Positions 39,163 to 49,614 of a stretch of DNA of 64,000 nt are shown here, one piece after another (within the stretch, counting starts at the first letter, position 1; every line of letters starts with the position of its first letter). A program made the position numbers and the translations under genes. Source of the stretch: Chloroflexota bacterium (GTDB taxonomy: Bacteria > Chloroflexota > UBA11872 > VXOZ01); assembly GCA_965220015.1 (NCBI GenBank), contig OZ244798.1:1377790-1441789 (forward strand), in the 5' to 3' direction. The notes under the pieces are model-generated. The model did no database searches. It saw only the letters and a list, made by a program, of their open reading frames with translations, and was not told the DNA's origin.

Positions 39163-40257
39163 CTAGAATTTCATCTTTAGCGAACCGGTAAGAATGTCGG
39201 CGCCGTCGTCGCGGAGCAACACCAGGTCCTCGATGCGTACGCCGCCGACACCGGGCAAGTATACGCCGGGCTCGATGGACACAACGGCGCCGGCAGGCAG
39301 CGGTGTATCCCCCGCAAGCGGGGAAAGGCGTGGCGCTTCGTGAATCTCAAGACCTACGCCGTGCCCCAGACCATGGCCGAAGTGGTCGCCGTGCCCGGCC
39401 GCCACGATGACCTCGCGGGCCAACGCGTCTGCCTCAACGCCGGTCATTCCCGCACGCACGTGTGCTTCTGCCGCTTCCTGAGCCTTAAATACAAGGCGGT
39501 AAATTGCTTGCATTTCCGCGGACGGAGTGCCGAGTACTACGGTCCTCGTCATATCCGAGCAGTAGCCGTCGGCGATGCAGCCAAAATCCATCACAATGAA
39601 CGAGTCTGCAGGGATGACATCGTCCCCCGGGCGGTGATGCGGCATAGCGCCGTTAGGACCGGCCGCAACAATTGATGGGAAGGACAGTCCCTCGGCGCCA
39701 CCCTCGCGCATCAGCACCTCCAAGCGCCACGCGACTGCCTTCTCGCTTATGCCGGGACGAAGCCACTTAACCAGCTCGCCAAAGGCGTTGTCGGCGATGA
39801 TTATGGCGCGCTGCAACGCAGCCACTTCATCCGGCTCCTTCGCCACCCGGAAGTTTTCTACAACCCCTTGCGCTCCTTCAAGCTTGATTTCACCGTCCAA
39901 GCTCTCGCGGTAGGTTTCGTAGGCGGCCACGCTCACGTGTTCGGATTCGAATGCCAGCCGCTCAACGTCATGATCTTTGCAGAGTCCCAAGAGCAATGGA
40001 GCGAATGGCCCTGCCTGCGGCACTATCGTGAAAACCGGGGCTTGCTTCTCCGCTTGTTCGGTGTAGCGTGAATCCGTGATCAGAAGGGCGGCGCCGGAGC
40101 TGATAAGCAGCCAGCCGGAACTGCCTGTAAAGCCGGAGAGATAGCGGCGGTTGTAGTCGTTGCTCACCAGCAAGGCGTCTGACTCAGTTTCCTGAAGCCA
40201 GTCCCGCACTTTCTGCAGACGAGGGGCGGTTGGGGGTGGTGTTGGGCTCATGCTCAC
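39163..40257 (-). CDS. Xaa-Pro aminopeptidase / M24B family peptidase
   Basis: N-terminal creatinase-like domain, then the M24 pita-bread domain with the metal ligands (HGLGHGVGLEIHE). Adjacency to efp mirrors the yqhT-efp arrangement in Bacillus. Confidence 0.88.
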   Translation of the reverse strand: MSMSPTPPPTAPRLQKVRDWLQETESDALLVSNDYNRRYLSGFTGSSGWLLISSGAALLITDSRYTEQAEKQAPVFTIVPQAGPFAPLLLGLCKDHDVERLAFESEHVSVAAYETYRESLDGEIKLEGAQGVVENFRVAKEPDEVAALQRAIIIADNAFGELVKWLRPGISEKAVAWRLEVLMREGGAEGLSFPSIVAAGPNGAMPHHRPGDDVIPADSFIVMDFGCIADGYCSDMTRTVVLGTPSAEMQAIYRLVFKAQEAAEAHVRAGMTGVEADALAREVIVAAGHGDHFGHGLGHGVGLEIHEAPRLSPLAGDTPLPAGAVVSIEPGVYLPGVGGVRIEDLVLLRDDGADILTGSLKMKF

Positions 40258-40324
40258 GATGCTAGTGGCTGCTGCTCAGTCCGTGTCACTACAATTGTAG
40301 CATGCTGCCCTGGCCGGAGTTTTT

Positions 40325-41053
40325 CTAAGGCTGGGGTACGGCGAGGATCGCATTGAGACCGATAAGCCAGCGGGCAATGCGGCCGGTCACGTTCACTTCT
40401 ACCCAAGCGGCAGTAACGAGTAAGGGGATTACAAGAAACACGTACCCCTTTACAACATTCGCCGCGGCCCAGACGACATTCTCAGTAGTACTGAGAGAGG
40501 TCACGGGCCGAAAGAGCGACCAGGCGAGGCGCATTGAAAGCGCGCTGCCGAACAGGATGGCGGGGATTTCAAACACGCCGTGGGGCGCCACGAGCAACAA
40601 GCCGATAAGCACCTTGAGCGGCGCCATGGCTTCGATCTGTACGGCGAGCATACCCAGGAGGATACCGGGAAGCGTCGCGACAATTAGAGGATACAAGCCG
40701 ACCGTAAACACGGCGAGCACGGGGCTAAGGAGCATAATACGCAAATTATTACGCATGATAGCCGTGGTAGAGATGGATTCCGCCCCGCCAAGATGCTCGA
40801 TCTGGGCGGCGTACGCGCGCAGAAGTGTCTCAGTTTCGCTCGGGAAGAGTTCAGCGAGGGCAACACCCCCGGCCACGCCAACAAAAAACAAACCGGCGAT
40901 GAATAACATCAATCGCCGGTTGAAACTCAAGAGGGCCGGGATGTCTTGGGCGTAGACGCGAACGAGGGAGAAGCGAGCTTGCGATGTGCAGGGCGCGCCT
41001 GCAGCGTCACAGACTGCCGTGCCTAGCCAGCGGAGCAGTTGCCGCGACGGCAC
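40325..41053 (-). CDS. DUF95 / stage II sporulation protein M-like membrane protein
   Basis: NRRLMLFIAGLFFVGVAGGVALAE... plus four further TM helices fit the SpoIIM/DUF95 topology. The start is uncertain: a GTG near 40963 or a downstream Met are alternatives. Confidence 0.55.
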   Translation of the reverse strand: MPSRQLLRWLGTAVCDAAGAPCTSQARFSLVRVYAQDIPALLSFNRRLMLFIAGLFFVGVAGGVALAELFPSETETLLRAYAAQIEHLGGAESISTTAIMRNNLRIMLLSPVLAVFTVGLYPLIVATLPGILLGMLAVQIEAMAPLKVLIGLLLVAPHGVFEIPAILFGSALSMRLAWSLFRPVTSLSTTENVVWAAANVVKGYVFLVIPLLVTAAWVEVNVTGRIARWLIGLNAILAVPQP

Positions 41054-41059
41054 AACTCG

Positions 41060-41329
41060 CTAACTCTTCTTGGCCGCGTCCTCGGTGCTTGCCGCTGGTT
41101 CAGACGCCTCCTGCTTCACATCAGAGCTTTCGCTGGCTGGTGCGGCTGCTTCCTCTTTCTTCTCTCCATCCGACTCGGGATCCTGATCCTCTTCTTTCAT
41201 CGCCGTGCGGAACTCTTTGATGCTCTTACCGAGCGATCCGCCGAGGCCGGCAATCCGGCTTCCGCCAAAGAGAATAACGATGATTACAAGGATGATGAGG
41301 AGCTCTGTCCACCCGAATGTGCCAAGCAT
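41060..41329 (-). CDS. tatA: Twin-arginine translocase subunit TatA/E
   Basis: MLGTFGWTELLIILVIIVILFGGSRIAGLGGSLGKSIKEFR is the canonical TatA TM and amphipathic helix, followed by an acidic tail. Confidence 0.88.
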   Translation of the reverse strand: MLGTFGWTELLIILVIIVILFGGSRIAGLGGSLGKSIKEFRTAMKEEDQDPESDGEKKEEAAAPASESSDVKQEASEPAASTEDAAKKS

Positions 41330-41742
41330 TCCCGTTTAACCTTTCATACGCAGTAGTCATTCTTAGCCTGAATTCCATAATACGCGCCTAGGAACCGAGA
41401 ATCAAATTGAGTCAAATCACACAGTGACGAGGCGGTTTCGATGGTTGCTGCTTAAATGCAACAGTACTCAGAATGCTATTAGAGAAATCCTCAGGACAAA
41501 GTTGCCTGCATCCTCAGAGAAAGTCGCCGAATACGAAGTGAAAGCTAGGCGCAGAATCTCAAAGGGTTTCCCGGTTACCCGTTGCAAATCTAGAGTTTAG
41601 TCCGGTGTTCTTGCAGGGCTTTGGCCGGTGTGCCAACGGTTGTTTCTCCCAAAGTGCTGTGCTATCGTGAGAGTAACATCATGGTGCCGCAAGACGTTAG
41701 CTACCATGTGAGCGGTTGCCACCCAAATGCGAGGCTTGACCC

Positions 41743-42993
41743 ATGAAGCGCAAGCACTTCCTGGCCGTAGTTCTGACGGTGACGGTTGTTCTCACGGTGA
41801 GTACGGGCGCCTTTGCAGCGGGGTACTCGACGGCAGCCAAAGGGACACCGATGCAGCCATTGGCTGCGGTTCTTGCCGGTGTCTTTCCCGGCCTTAACTC
41901 TGCCGGTCCTCCCATCGGACAGGAAGAAAAATGGGAACTCTTCCTGCAAGTCTGGGAAATCGTATCCAAAGAGTTCTACAAGCAGCCGATGGACCAGGAT
42001 GCCATGATGCGCGGCGCTATCAACGGCATGTTGGATACGCTTGGCGATCCCCACACAACTCTGCTAGACCCTTCGGTCAGTCAACGCGCGCGGGAGCAGA
42101 CGAGGCAGAAGTTCCAAGGCATCGGCGCGCGCATTGACGAGCAGGATGGCGAGATTGTAATTCTTTCGGTATTTCCTGATTCTCCGGCTGAAGGCGCAGG
42201 ACTGCAATCAGGTGATGTGATCACGGCGGTGGACGGCACGCCCATTGACGGCGAGACGCCGCACCAGACAGCGTTGCGCATCCGGGGAGAAGCGGGTACC
42301 GATGTGGTGCTCACCATCAGGCGGGGAGCAGACGAGCCATTCGACTTGACCTTGACTCGCGCGGAAGTTTCGGTTCCTTCGCTTGATTCACAGACACTGA
42401 CAGGAAACGTAGGCTACATACGGCTCTGGAGCTTCGGCGCGCTGACCGCTACCGAGTTGCGTGGCGCACTCGAATCTTATGTTGACTCCGAGGCGCCAGG
42501 ACTCATTCTCGATTTGCGAGACAATCCCGGAGGTCTGCTGGGATCGGCGATCAGGGTGAGTGGCGAGTTCTTAAGCCCGGGTACGGTGGTGCTGTATGAG
42601 CAGCATGCACAGCAGCAGTTGCGGCCGTATACGGTGCGCAACCAGGGAGTTGCGCTGGATATCCCCCTCGTGGTCCTGGTAAATGAGCGCAGCGCGAGCG
42701 CATCGGAGATCGTCGCGGGCGCCCTAAAGTACCATGATCGCGCAATCATTATCGGCCAACGCACGTACGGCAAGGGTACCGTACAGTTGCCTCATGATAT
42801 GAAAGACGGCTCTCAGCTTCGCGTAACGATTTCGCGCTGGCTTACGCCGGGCAGGGAATCTATCTCCGATGTCGGCATCTCCCCGGCTATCGAAGTGGAA
42901 GCTGAAGTTACGGAGCCGTTGGAAGATGATATTGCAGTGCAACGCGCGCTGCAAGAGCTCACGCAGTTAGCCTCTTTGCCTGACGCTGCCTGA
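41743..42993 (+). CDS. ctpA: Carboxyl-terminal processing protease (S41 family, PDZ domain)
   Basis: Signal peptide, PDZ domain (GIGARIDEQDGEIVILSVFPDSPAEGAGLQSGDVITAVDG), and S41 catalytic region (LILDLRDNPGG...ASASEIVAGAL...TYGKGTVQ). Confidence 0.88.
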   Translation: MKRKHFLAVVLTVTVVLTVSTGAFAAGYSTAAKGTPMQPLAAVLAGVFPGLNSAGPPIGQEEKWELFLQVWEIVSKEFYKQPMDQDAMMRGAINGMLDTLGDPHTTLLDPSVSQRAREQTRQKFQGIGARIDEQDGEIVILSVFPDSPAEGAGLQSGDVITAVDGTPIDGETPHQTALRIRGEAGTDVVLTIRRGADEPFDLTLTRAEVSVPSLDSQTLTGNVGYIRLWSFGALTATELRGALESYVDSEAPGLILDLRDNPGGLLGSAIRVSGEFLSPGTVVLYEQHAQQQLRPYTVRNQGVALDIPLVVLVNERSASASEIVAGALKYHDRAIIIGQRTYGKGTVQLPHDMKDGSQLRVTISRWLTPGRESISDVGISPAIEVEAEVTEPLEDDIAVQRALQELTQLASLPDAA

Positions 42994-43005
42994 TGGGTGC
43001 TATCT

Positions 43006-44289
43006 ATGAGTGAGCAAACGCTGCGTAGGCACACCTTGCCAAACGGGCTGCGTGTGCTCATACTTCCCATGCCGCATACGCGCGCCGCGACCGTAAGCTT
43101 GTTTTGCGGCGCCGGATCGCGGTACGAACCGTTCGACTTGATGGGGCTTTCTCACTTTCTTGAGCACATGCTCTTCAAGGGTACGGTGCAACGCCCCGAT
43201 CCCCAGGAAATTGCAGAGGCTATCGAACGGACCGGCGGGCTGCTGAATGCAAGCACGGGTCGCGAAGCCACGGTCTTCTGGGCAAAAGTGGCGTCGCAGC
43301 ATCTCGCTATTGCCTTCGACATTCTCTCCGACATTGTGCTCAACCCTGCTCTAAGCGCTGACGATGTGGAACGTGAACGCGGAATTATCCTGGAGGAGCT
43401 AGAACTCTATCAAGAGACACCCCCCGATTGGGTGCATGTGCTCATCTCCCGACTGTTGTGGCCTAACCACCCGTTGGGAGAGGACATTGGCGGGCGTGCC
43501 GAGACGATCATGCACATCACGCGGGATGACCTGGTAAAGCACGTGGAAGACTTCTATCGCGCCAATAACATGGTGCTCGTCGTGGCAGGGGGCGTGGACC
43601 CGGATGACACTTTGTCCTATGCGGAAGATGCCTTTGGCGGTCTGCGCAAGGGGACCGGCCCGGCCTGGCTGCCGGCGGTTGCAACGCAACCCGTCGACCG
43701 TGTGTTTACGCAACCTGAGGACCACATTCAAGTGCAGCTCTGCATCGGCGGCAAAGGTCTTTCCCATGCTGACCCCGATCGCCACGCTCTCGAACTCCTC
43801 AATACCGCGTTAGGCGACGGCATGAGTTCGCGCTTGGCGGTGGAGGTGCGCGAGCGCTTGGGCTTGGCGTACGACATTTACTCCTATGCGGAGCAGTATT
43901 TCGATACAGGCGCATTTATCATCTCCGCCGGCGTGGAAGATTCACACCTGGGAAGCGCTCTGGCAGCTATTTGGGAGCAGGTTGATCGGATTCGGCAGGA
44001 TAAGCTCCCTCCAGAGGAATTGGATAAGGTGCGAGAGTTTACGAAGGGTCGGCTACTGCTGAGTATGGAAGATAGTTGGAATGTCGCGAGCTGGTACGGC
44101 AGCCAGGAAGTCCTCATGCACTCCACTATTACGTTGGACGAAATGCTCGCTACCATCGATGCTATTACTGCCGACGACGTTCTGCGGGTGGCGCAACGCA
44201 TCTTTGTTCCCGGCTGGGCGCACATGGCGCTCGTGGGGCCGGGCCTCGATCGCGCTGCAATGGAAGACCTCGTAAGCATGTGGAACTAG
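43006..44289 (+). CDS. M16-family zinc peptidase (pitrilysin-like)
   Basis: Inverted zinc-binding motif HFLEHMLFKGT and a downstream Glu (EE) typical of M16. The start was set to the ATG at 43006 (MSEQTLRR); the track gives GTG at 42997. Confidence 0.85.
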   Translation: MSEQTLRRHTLPNGLRVLILPMPHTRAATVSLFCGAGSRYEPFDLMGLSHFLEHMLFKGTVQRPDPQEIAEAIERTGGLLNASTGREATVFWAKVASQHLAIAFDILSDIVLNPALSADDVERERGIILEELELYQETPPDWVHVLISRLLWPNHPLGEDIGGRAETIMHITRDDLVKHVEDFYRANNMVLVVAGGVDPDDTLSYAEDAFGGLRKGTGPAWLPAVATQPVDRVFTQPEDHIQVQLCIGGKGLSHADPDRHALELLNTALGDGMSSRLAVEVRERLGLAYDIYSYAEQYFDTGAFIISAGVEDSHLGSALAAIWEQVDRIRQDKLPPEELDKVREFTKGRLLLSMEDSWNVASWYGSQEVLMHSTITLDEMLATIDAITADDVLRVAQRIFVPGWAHMALVGPGLDRAAMEDLVSMWN

Positions 44290-44419
44290 GAAGCGCTTGG
44301 GGTGCGCCTGTGGCAGCGGGCGTCGCACGGACGTTGATAGAGATTGCACTTTTCTGAGGGCTTTCTGACGGCGCGCACGCGCGAAACCTGCGCAGCACAC
44401 ACTTGGATTTCAAGGAAAC

Positions 44420-45652
44420 ATGAAGCTTAGAGATTTCTTGCAGTGGGGAGAGCAGGCACTTGCCCAGCATGACTATGAGCTCTCAGAGGAGATTGCCCGC
44501 CACCTACTGAGGCAGTCCCCAAGCAACTTGGCAGCACGCGCGCTGTTGGGCCGAATTTACCTCAAGTCAGGGCAGCTAGAGCAGGCGGAGGAGCAACTGC
44601 TTCAGGCCCTCGATATGGACCCGGAGAATGTTGAAATTCTCACGAGTCTTGCCGATCTGCTGGAAACGCTTGGAAAAGATGCGGCAAGGCTGGGCATTCT
44701 GCGTCGGGCGTTCGAGTGCGACCCGACGCTCACGGACGTAAAGCAGCAGATGATAGCAATAGAAAGAGAATCTGGCGGCGGTGGCAGAGGCAATGGATTC
44801 CTTACGCGTACCGGCCTCGCGCGCACTCACCTGCGGAGTGGGTTGCTGGAGCATGCAATTGCTGAATTTCGCCAGTTGCTTGAAGAATCGCAAGTTCACT
44901 GGAGCGCGCAAGTGGCCTTGATGGAGGCGTATTGGCTCAATGGCAACAGGCAGGGGACCAGTAGACTTGCCGACGAGATTGTACGGGAGCACCCAAACTG
45001 CTTGAAGGCCATACTGCTGTCCGCAGACGTGCGGGCGCACATGGGCCTCATCGATCAGGCGCGGCAGCTCTTTGAGCGCGCCCGACAGGTGGACCCGGAT
45101 TTCACGCTCGCCCGCGTCCTCTATCCCGCCAACGGCCCTTCTCGTTTGCCCTTGCCCAGTGATGATGCCGAGATAGATGTGCCGATAGACTTGCTGCAGA
45201 AGATCGAGGCCGCACTCGCTGCCATGAATGAGACGAGAACAACTGGTGCGCAGCGGCGCGCAACTGCCCGCGTCAACGCGCGCTCTAGAGCAGACAGCCG
45301 AGATGACGAGACGCGGGTCCTCGTGACACCGGCCCCGCGCGGCAGTTCGTCGCGAAGGGGAAGAGAAGCAGCGCCATCACCCACAGCGCCGCAGACGGAA
45401 TCCGATGTTGGCGAAGATAAACAGGACGCTGAGTCTTGGGATTCCCTGCTGCTGAAGCTCGAACGGGAAGGCAGCCAACTGGATGAGGCAGCGCTTGATG
45501 CCATGGCTAGGCAACTAGAGGCAATGGCGGAGAATGCGGGCAATAAGCTACAGGCGTGGCAGCAGCTTGGCGACGTCTACCAGCGCATCGAGCAGACGGA
45601 TCGCGCAATGCGCGCCTACATGCGGGCTTTGGAGAGCAACCGACCGCAGTGA
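44420..45652 (+). CDS. Tetratricopeptide-repeat protein
   Basis: Multiple TPR-like helical repeats (ARALLGRIYLKSGQLEQAEEQLLQALDMDPEN...). The C-terminal half is low-complexity and charged. Confidence 0.7.
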   Translation: MKLRDFLQWGEQALAQHDYELSEEIARHLLRQSPSNLAARALLGRIYLKSGQLEQAEEQLLQALDMDPENVEILTSLADLLETLGKDAARLGILRRAFECDPTLTDVKQQMIAIERESGGGGRGNGFLTRTGLARTHLRSGLLEHAIAEFRQLLEESQVHWSAQVALMEAYWLNGNRQGTSRLADEIVREHPNCLKAILLSADVRAHMGLIDQARQLFERARQVDPDFTLARVLYPANGPSRLPLPSDDAEIDVPIDLLQKIEAALAAMNETRTTGAQRRATARVNARSRADSRDDETRVLVTPAPRGSSSRRGREAAPSPTAPQTESDVGEDKQDAESWDSLLLKLEREGSQLDEAALDAMARQLEAMAENAGNKLQAWQQLGDVYQRIEQTDRAMRAYMRALESNRPQ

Positions 45653-45810
45653 CGCTGCTCCGGACTGTTCGACGCTTAGGCACGTTATGTGAGCATTACG
45701 CTCGGGGGACGCGGCTGGAACGTACAGGCTGGAACCATGAATAGCCGCCGCGAAAGGTCGCTGTAGTCCCAGAAGACTGTTTCGCTATAGAGTCAGGGTC
45801 AGGCGGGCAA

Positions 45811-47487
45811 ATGGGAAGAATCCTTGTGGTGTTGGGCGGGCTACTCCTCGCGCTTGGAGGAGCAGTTGTTGTCGTCGTCTTGTTTTTCACATTCGCCGGC
45901 ATTTCTCAGGAGTCAGGCTATTTTGGCTACGCTGCCCTCTCTCGCACTACGGCCGCGGCCGACTCTGAAGCTGCAATGCAAGAGGAGTCGCTGGCAGCGG
46001 CGGAAGCGCCCGCTGCGCAAGTAGCCCAACCACGGGTTGCAAGCAGCGAACCGAAAGCGGCCGCGCCGTTGCCAAACGCAAGCTTCGCGAGCGATGCCAG
46101 GGTGATTCGCAATGGGATTCTAACTCTTGTTGTGCAGGATCCCGCCGTGGCAGTTCACGACATCGAGCAGATCATTGCCGGCATACCTGGGGCGTTCGTT
46201 GCCTCCGGCGCGGTGCGCCAAGCCGGTGACCCGCAGCCCTCCTCCTTGACACTACGGGTGCCGGTGGAAGCCTTCGACCAAGCTATGGCTGCATTGCGGG
46301 CGCTCGCGGAAGAGGTGCTGGCGGAGCAAACTACTGCCCGCGACGTAACCGAAGAATACACTGACTTGGATGCGCGCCTGCGCAACCTGCAGGCTGCGGA
46401 AACACAACTGCTGACGTTGTTGGAGCGGGCCGACACGGTCGAGGACTTGCTCAAGATCGAGAATCGCTTGGCGGAAGTCCGCCAGGAGATCGAGCAACTC
46501 CAAGGACGCTTGAACGTCCTCATAAATCGAATTGCCCTGGCAACGATACACGTGCTCTTGCATGCGCCGCCGGACCTTTCCGTGGTGGTTGCTGCCGAGA
46601 GCTTGCCTAGCGCCCATACCGTAACCGCGTTTGCCGTATCCTACCGCAATGACGGCAGCGTTAGCGCGCGGGATGCCCGTCTGAAGCTCTATGTGCCGGA
46701 ACGGCTCAGCGTACTCGACATGAGCCAGGGCGGAGTCTACGATCCAATCTCCCGCGAGATTTCGTGGGCGTTGTCCGATATTCCTGCCGGGGAGGCTGAC
46801 ACCGTGTACGTCCATCTGCGGGTAGAGTCGGCTGAGGCGGATATCCAGCTTAGCGCCGAAATCCAATCCGCAAGCGCAGAAGCGGACATAGCGAACAATG
46901 CTGCCGGCATCACGCTCTCGTTCGCGCCGGACCTGGCCCTGGAAGTTGACAGTCGGGCCGCCGCCGCGCAAGGGAGTGAAGTGCCTGTGTGGATCTTGTA
47001 CTCCAACGTGGGTACGGCAGATGCTACCGATGTAACGCTGCAGGCCGCGCTCCCGGCGGAGGTAACTTTCGTTCGTGCCGATTTTGGCGGCAGCTATGAC
47101 CGCGAGACCGGCGCCGTGGTATGGAAGCTGGGACGCTTGCAGGCAGGTGAGACTAGACAGGTTCGCATGTACGTGAGAGTAGACGTAGCTGAAGGCCGTC
47201 TGCAGATTCCCGTCGCCGTTTCTGCCGAGCAAGCTGATGCTGTCGCGTTCAACGATCGCACCGACGTATTTCTTACGGCGTTGCGGGAAGATGTTTCCGC
47301 ACGTTCATTGTGGCAGCCCGGCCGGACGGTTGCGGCAAGTATCGCGGCACTCATCGTCGTGGCGCAGGGCGCCGTGAACGTGCTCATTTGGGCGCTTACG
47401 TTCGGGATCCCGTTGGCCGTAATAGGATTGCTGGCGCTGGGTGTGCGGGCGGGTGTTCGCCGCCTGCGGCGAAGTGAAGATCCCTAG
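45811..47487 (+). CDS. DUF4349-like domain + DUF11/CARDB-like repeat membrane-anchored protein
   Basis: N-terminal TM helix, a coiled-coil segment (DLDARLRNLQAAETQLLTLLERADTVEDLLKIENRLAEVRQEIEQLQGRLN, typical of DUF4349), two DUF11-like beta repeats (ADTVYVHLRVES..., TRQVRMYVRV), and a C-terminal TM helix. Confidence 0.6.
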   Translation: MGRILVVLGGLLLALGGAVVVVVLFFTFAGISQESGYFGYAALSRTTAAADSEAAMQEESLAAAEAPAAQVAQPRVASSEPKAAAPLPNASFASDARVIRNGILTLVVQDPAVAVHDIEQIIAGIPGAFVASGAVRQAGDPQPSSLTLRVPVEAFDQAMAALRALAEEVLAEQTTARDVTEEYTDLDARLRNLQAAETQLLTLLERADTVEDLLKIENRLAEVRQEIEQLQGRLNVLINRIALATIHVLLHAPPDLSVVVAAESLPSAHTVTAFAVSYRNDGSVSARDARLKLYVPERLSVLDMSQGGVYDPISREISWALSDIPAGEADTVYVHLRVESAEADIQLSAEIQSASAEADIANNAAGITLSFAPDLALEVDSRAAAAQGSEVPVWILYSNVGTADATDVTLQAALPAEVTFVRADFGGSYDRETGAVVWKLGRLQAGETRQVRMYVRVDVAEGRLQIPVAVSAEQADAVAFNDRTDVFLTALREDVSARSLWQPGRTVAASIAALIVVAQGAVNVLIWALTFGIPLAVIGLLALGVRAGVRRLRRSEDP

Positions 47488-47779
47488 TCACGCCGGAATC
47501 GGCATTTCGCGGAATCTGCACGTCTTGTGCCGAGATTCTTGCGCTGCATCGCTGTCCACTTAGCGAACGATCCGTGAGCAGGAATACGTGGTTAGACCTC
47601 TGGACACTTTGGCAGACTTCATTTCAATCTATCGTTCAAATCAGACGCCTGCTGCCGGCCTGAAACTGCATGCGGTTGCGCTCGTCGCCGACACTGGTCC
47701 TGACAGCACGCACTTGGCACTGCACGCGTACGGTTTTGGCATGCTTCGCCATCAGACTGTGCGAAGCGCTAGTCAGTAG

Positions 47780-49363
47780 TTGACTGTGTCCGCTTCCACC
47801 GACACAATTCTTGCGCGCGCGGCGTTTGTGCTGCTGCTCGGCAACGTGCTGAGCCGCGTGCTTGGGCTAGTGCGCGAGCAGACCATTGCCTATCTCTTTG
47901 GCGCCAGTGCCGCGACCGACTCATTCGTGGCGGCGACCCAAGTGCCGACGATGGTCTACGATCTGCTGCTGGGCGGTGCGGTGACGGCGGCGTTGGTTCC
48001 AGTCTTTGCCGACTATGCGCGGAATGACCGTGAATTCTCCGCTTTGTTGGGCGCTATGTTTGCCATGGCGGGTGTGGTGCTTGGCGGCGCGGTGATACTG
48101 CTCTTGCTGCTGGCGGAACCGTTAGTCCGCATTCTTGTCCCCGGGTTTTCGCCCGATGTCCTCGATCAGACCGTCAAGTTGACCCGCCTCGCCGTGCCCG
48201 CGGTCGCCTTTCTCGGTTTTTCAGGCGTGGTCAACGCGGCGCTCTACGCCGGACACCGACCCTACTATCCGGCCTTTTGTGCCGCGGTTTACAACCTCGG
48301 CATCATTCTCACCGCCGTGTTCTTTGTGAATCGTCTTGGCGTAACCAGCCTCGTCATCGGCGTGCTCGTAGGCTCGGCAGGGCAGCTCGTATTCCAGGCG
48401 CCGGGGCTGTGGCGGATGGGAATTCGCCCGCGCGCGGTCTTGTCTCATCCGGGTGTGAAACAGATCCTGGGACTGTACGCGCCTGTGCTTGCCGGGCTCA
48501 TTATCACGCAACTCGCCATCGTGCTGGACCGCAACCTGGCATCACGCACCGGCGACGGCAGTATCGCTGCGATGAACTATGCAACCCGGCTGGTACAGCT
48601 TCCGCTCGGACTTGTGGGCTCCGCGATTGCTCTGGCCGTGCTGCCGCTGCTGGCTGCTGAAGGCGGCAACCTCGATACGGCGAACTTCCGGCGCATTCTC
48701 AGCCAGGGGGTGCGGCTCATTCTGCTGTTGATGTTGCCCATCTTTGCGCTGATGCTAATTTGGCACCGGCCCATTGTTGAGCTTGTCTACCTACGCGGCG
48801 CGTTCGATGCTGCCGATGCGAGCGTTACCGGCCTGGCCCTCTTGCTTTACAGCCTGCAACTGCCGCTCACGGGCCTGGACCAACTCTTTATCTTTGCCTA
48901 CTATGCGCGCAAGAATACGCGTACTCCGGTCTTGGTTGGCGTTCTCGGCATCGGCTTTTATCTGGCCGTTGCGTTACCGCTGTTGCAACCGCTCGGCATG
49001 CCGGGGCTTGTGCTGGCAAATACGGTGCAGAATGGCGGCCATGCGCTCGTGATGCTCTGGCTGCTCCATCGTCTCCTTGGCGGTGTAGGCGGCGCTGGCT
49101 TTGGACGATTCTTTGCCACGATTGGCGCCGGCACATTGCTCGTTGCGCTGGCAGCGGGCGGCATGCTCTATGTGCTGCGTGTGCTTACAGAGGGGGCCGG
49201 CACGATTGGCTTGTTGGCAGTGGTTGTGGGCGGTGGCGGCGTGTTGCTGCTTGCGTACTTTGGAGTCTTGCGCCTGTGCAGACTGCCGGAGCTGACGCTC
49301 TTGGCCGAAATGGCGCCCGCTCGGATGCGGGCCGCGGTGCAGCGCTCCCACGAACGGGCTTAG
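47780..49363 (+). CDS. murJ: Lipid II flippase MurJ (MviN)
   Basis: LLLGNVLSRVLGLVREQTIAYLFGASAATDSFVAATQVPTMVYDLLLGG and 14 TM segments. The TTG start at 47780 is uncertain; GTG at 47786 is an alternative. Confidence 0.88.
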   Translation: MTVSASTDTILARAAFVLLLGNVLSRVLGLVREQTIAYLFGASAATDSFVAATQVPTMVYDLLLGGAVTAALVPVFADYARNDREFSALLGAMFAMAGVVLGGAVILLLLLAEPLVRILVPGFSPDVLDQTVKLTRLAVPAVAFLGFSGVVNAALYAGHRPYYPAFCAAVYNLGIILTAVFFVNRLGVTSLVIGVLVGSAGQLVFQAPGLWRMGIRPRAVLSHPGVKQILGLYAPVLAGLIITQLAIVLDRNLASRTGDGSIAAMNYATRLVQLPLGLVGSAIALAVLPLLAAEGGNLDTANFRRILSQGVRLILLLMLPIFALMLIWHRPIVELVYLRGAFDAADASVTGLALLLYSLQLPLTGLDQLFIFAYYARKNTRTPVLVGVLGIGFYLAVALPLLQPLGMPGLVLANTVQNGGHALVMLWLLHRLLGGVGGAGFGRFFATIGAGTLLVALAAGGMLYVLRVLTEGAGTIGLLAVVVGGGGVLLLAYFGVLRLCRLPELTLLAEMAPARMRAAVQRSHERA

Positions 49364-49614
49364 TCTCGATGCCGCACGCCCAGTTGGACAGTCTAGGCGA
49401 CCTTAGAAGGGCGTATCTAACCGCTTCGGCAGCGCAGTATTTCCCTGCAAGAGCTAGTAGGCTAAGGGGCTTGCAATTGTGGCATCATAGGAATGGATTG
49501 CTGTCTTTCGCCACCTGGTTTTTCCGTTAGGCGTGCCGGCGAGGCTACGATTTAACTATAGGCGCGCGCATTTATCCTCGCTGTGGGCAATTGAACGACG
49601 ACGGTGCAAATGGG

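Noticed and set aside
49364-49614. Putative sigma-70 promoter TTGCAA-N16-ATGGAT upstream of ppc
   Set aside because: The hexamers and spacing are too degenerate to call by eye without TSS data.
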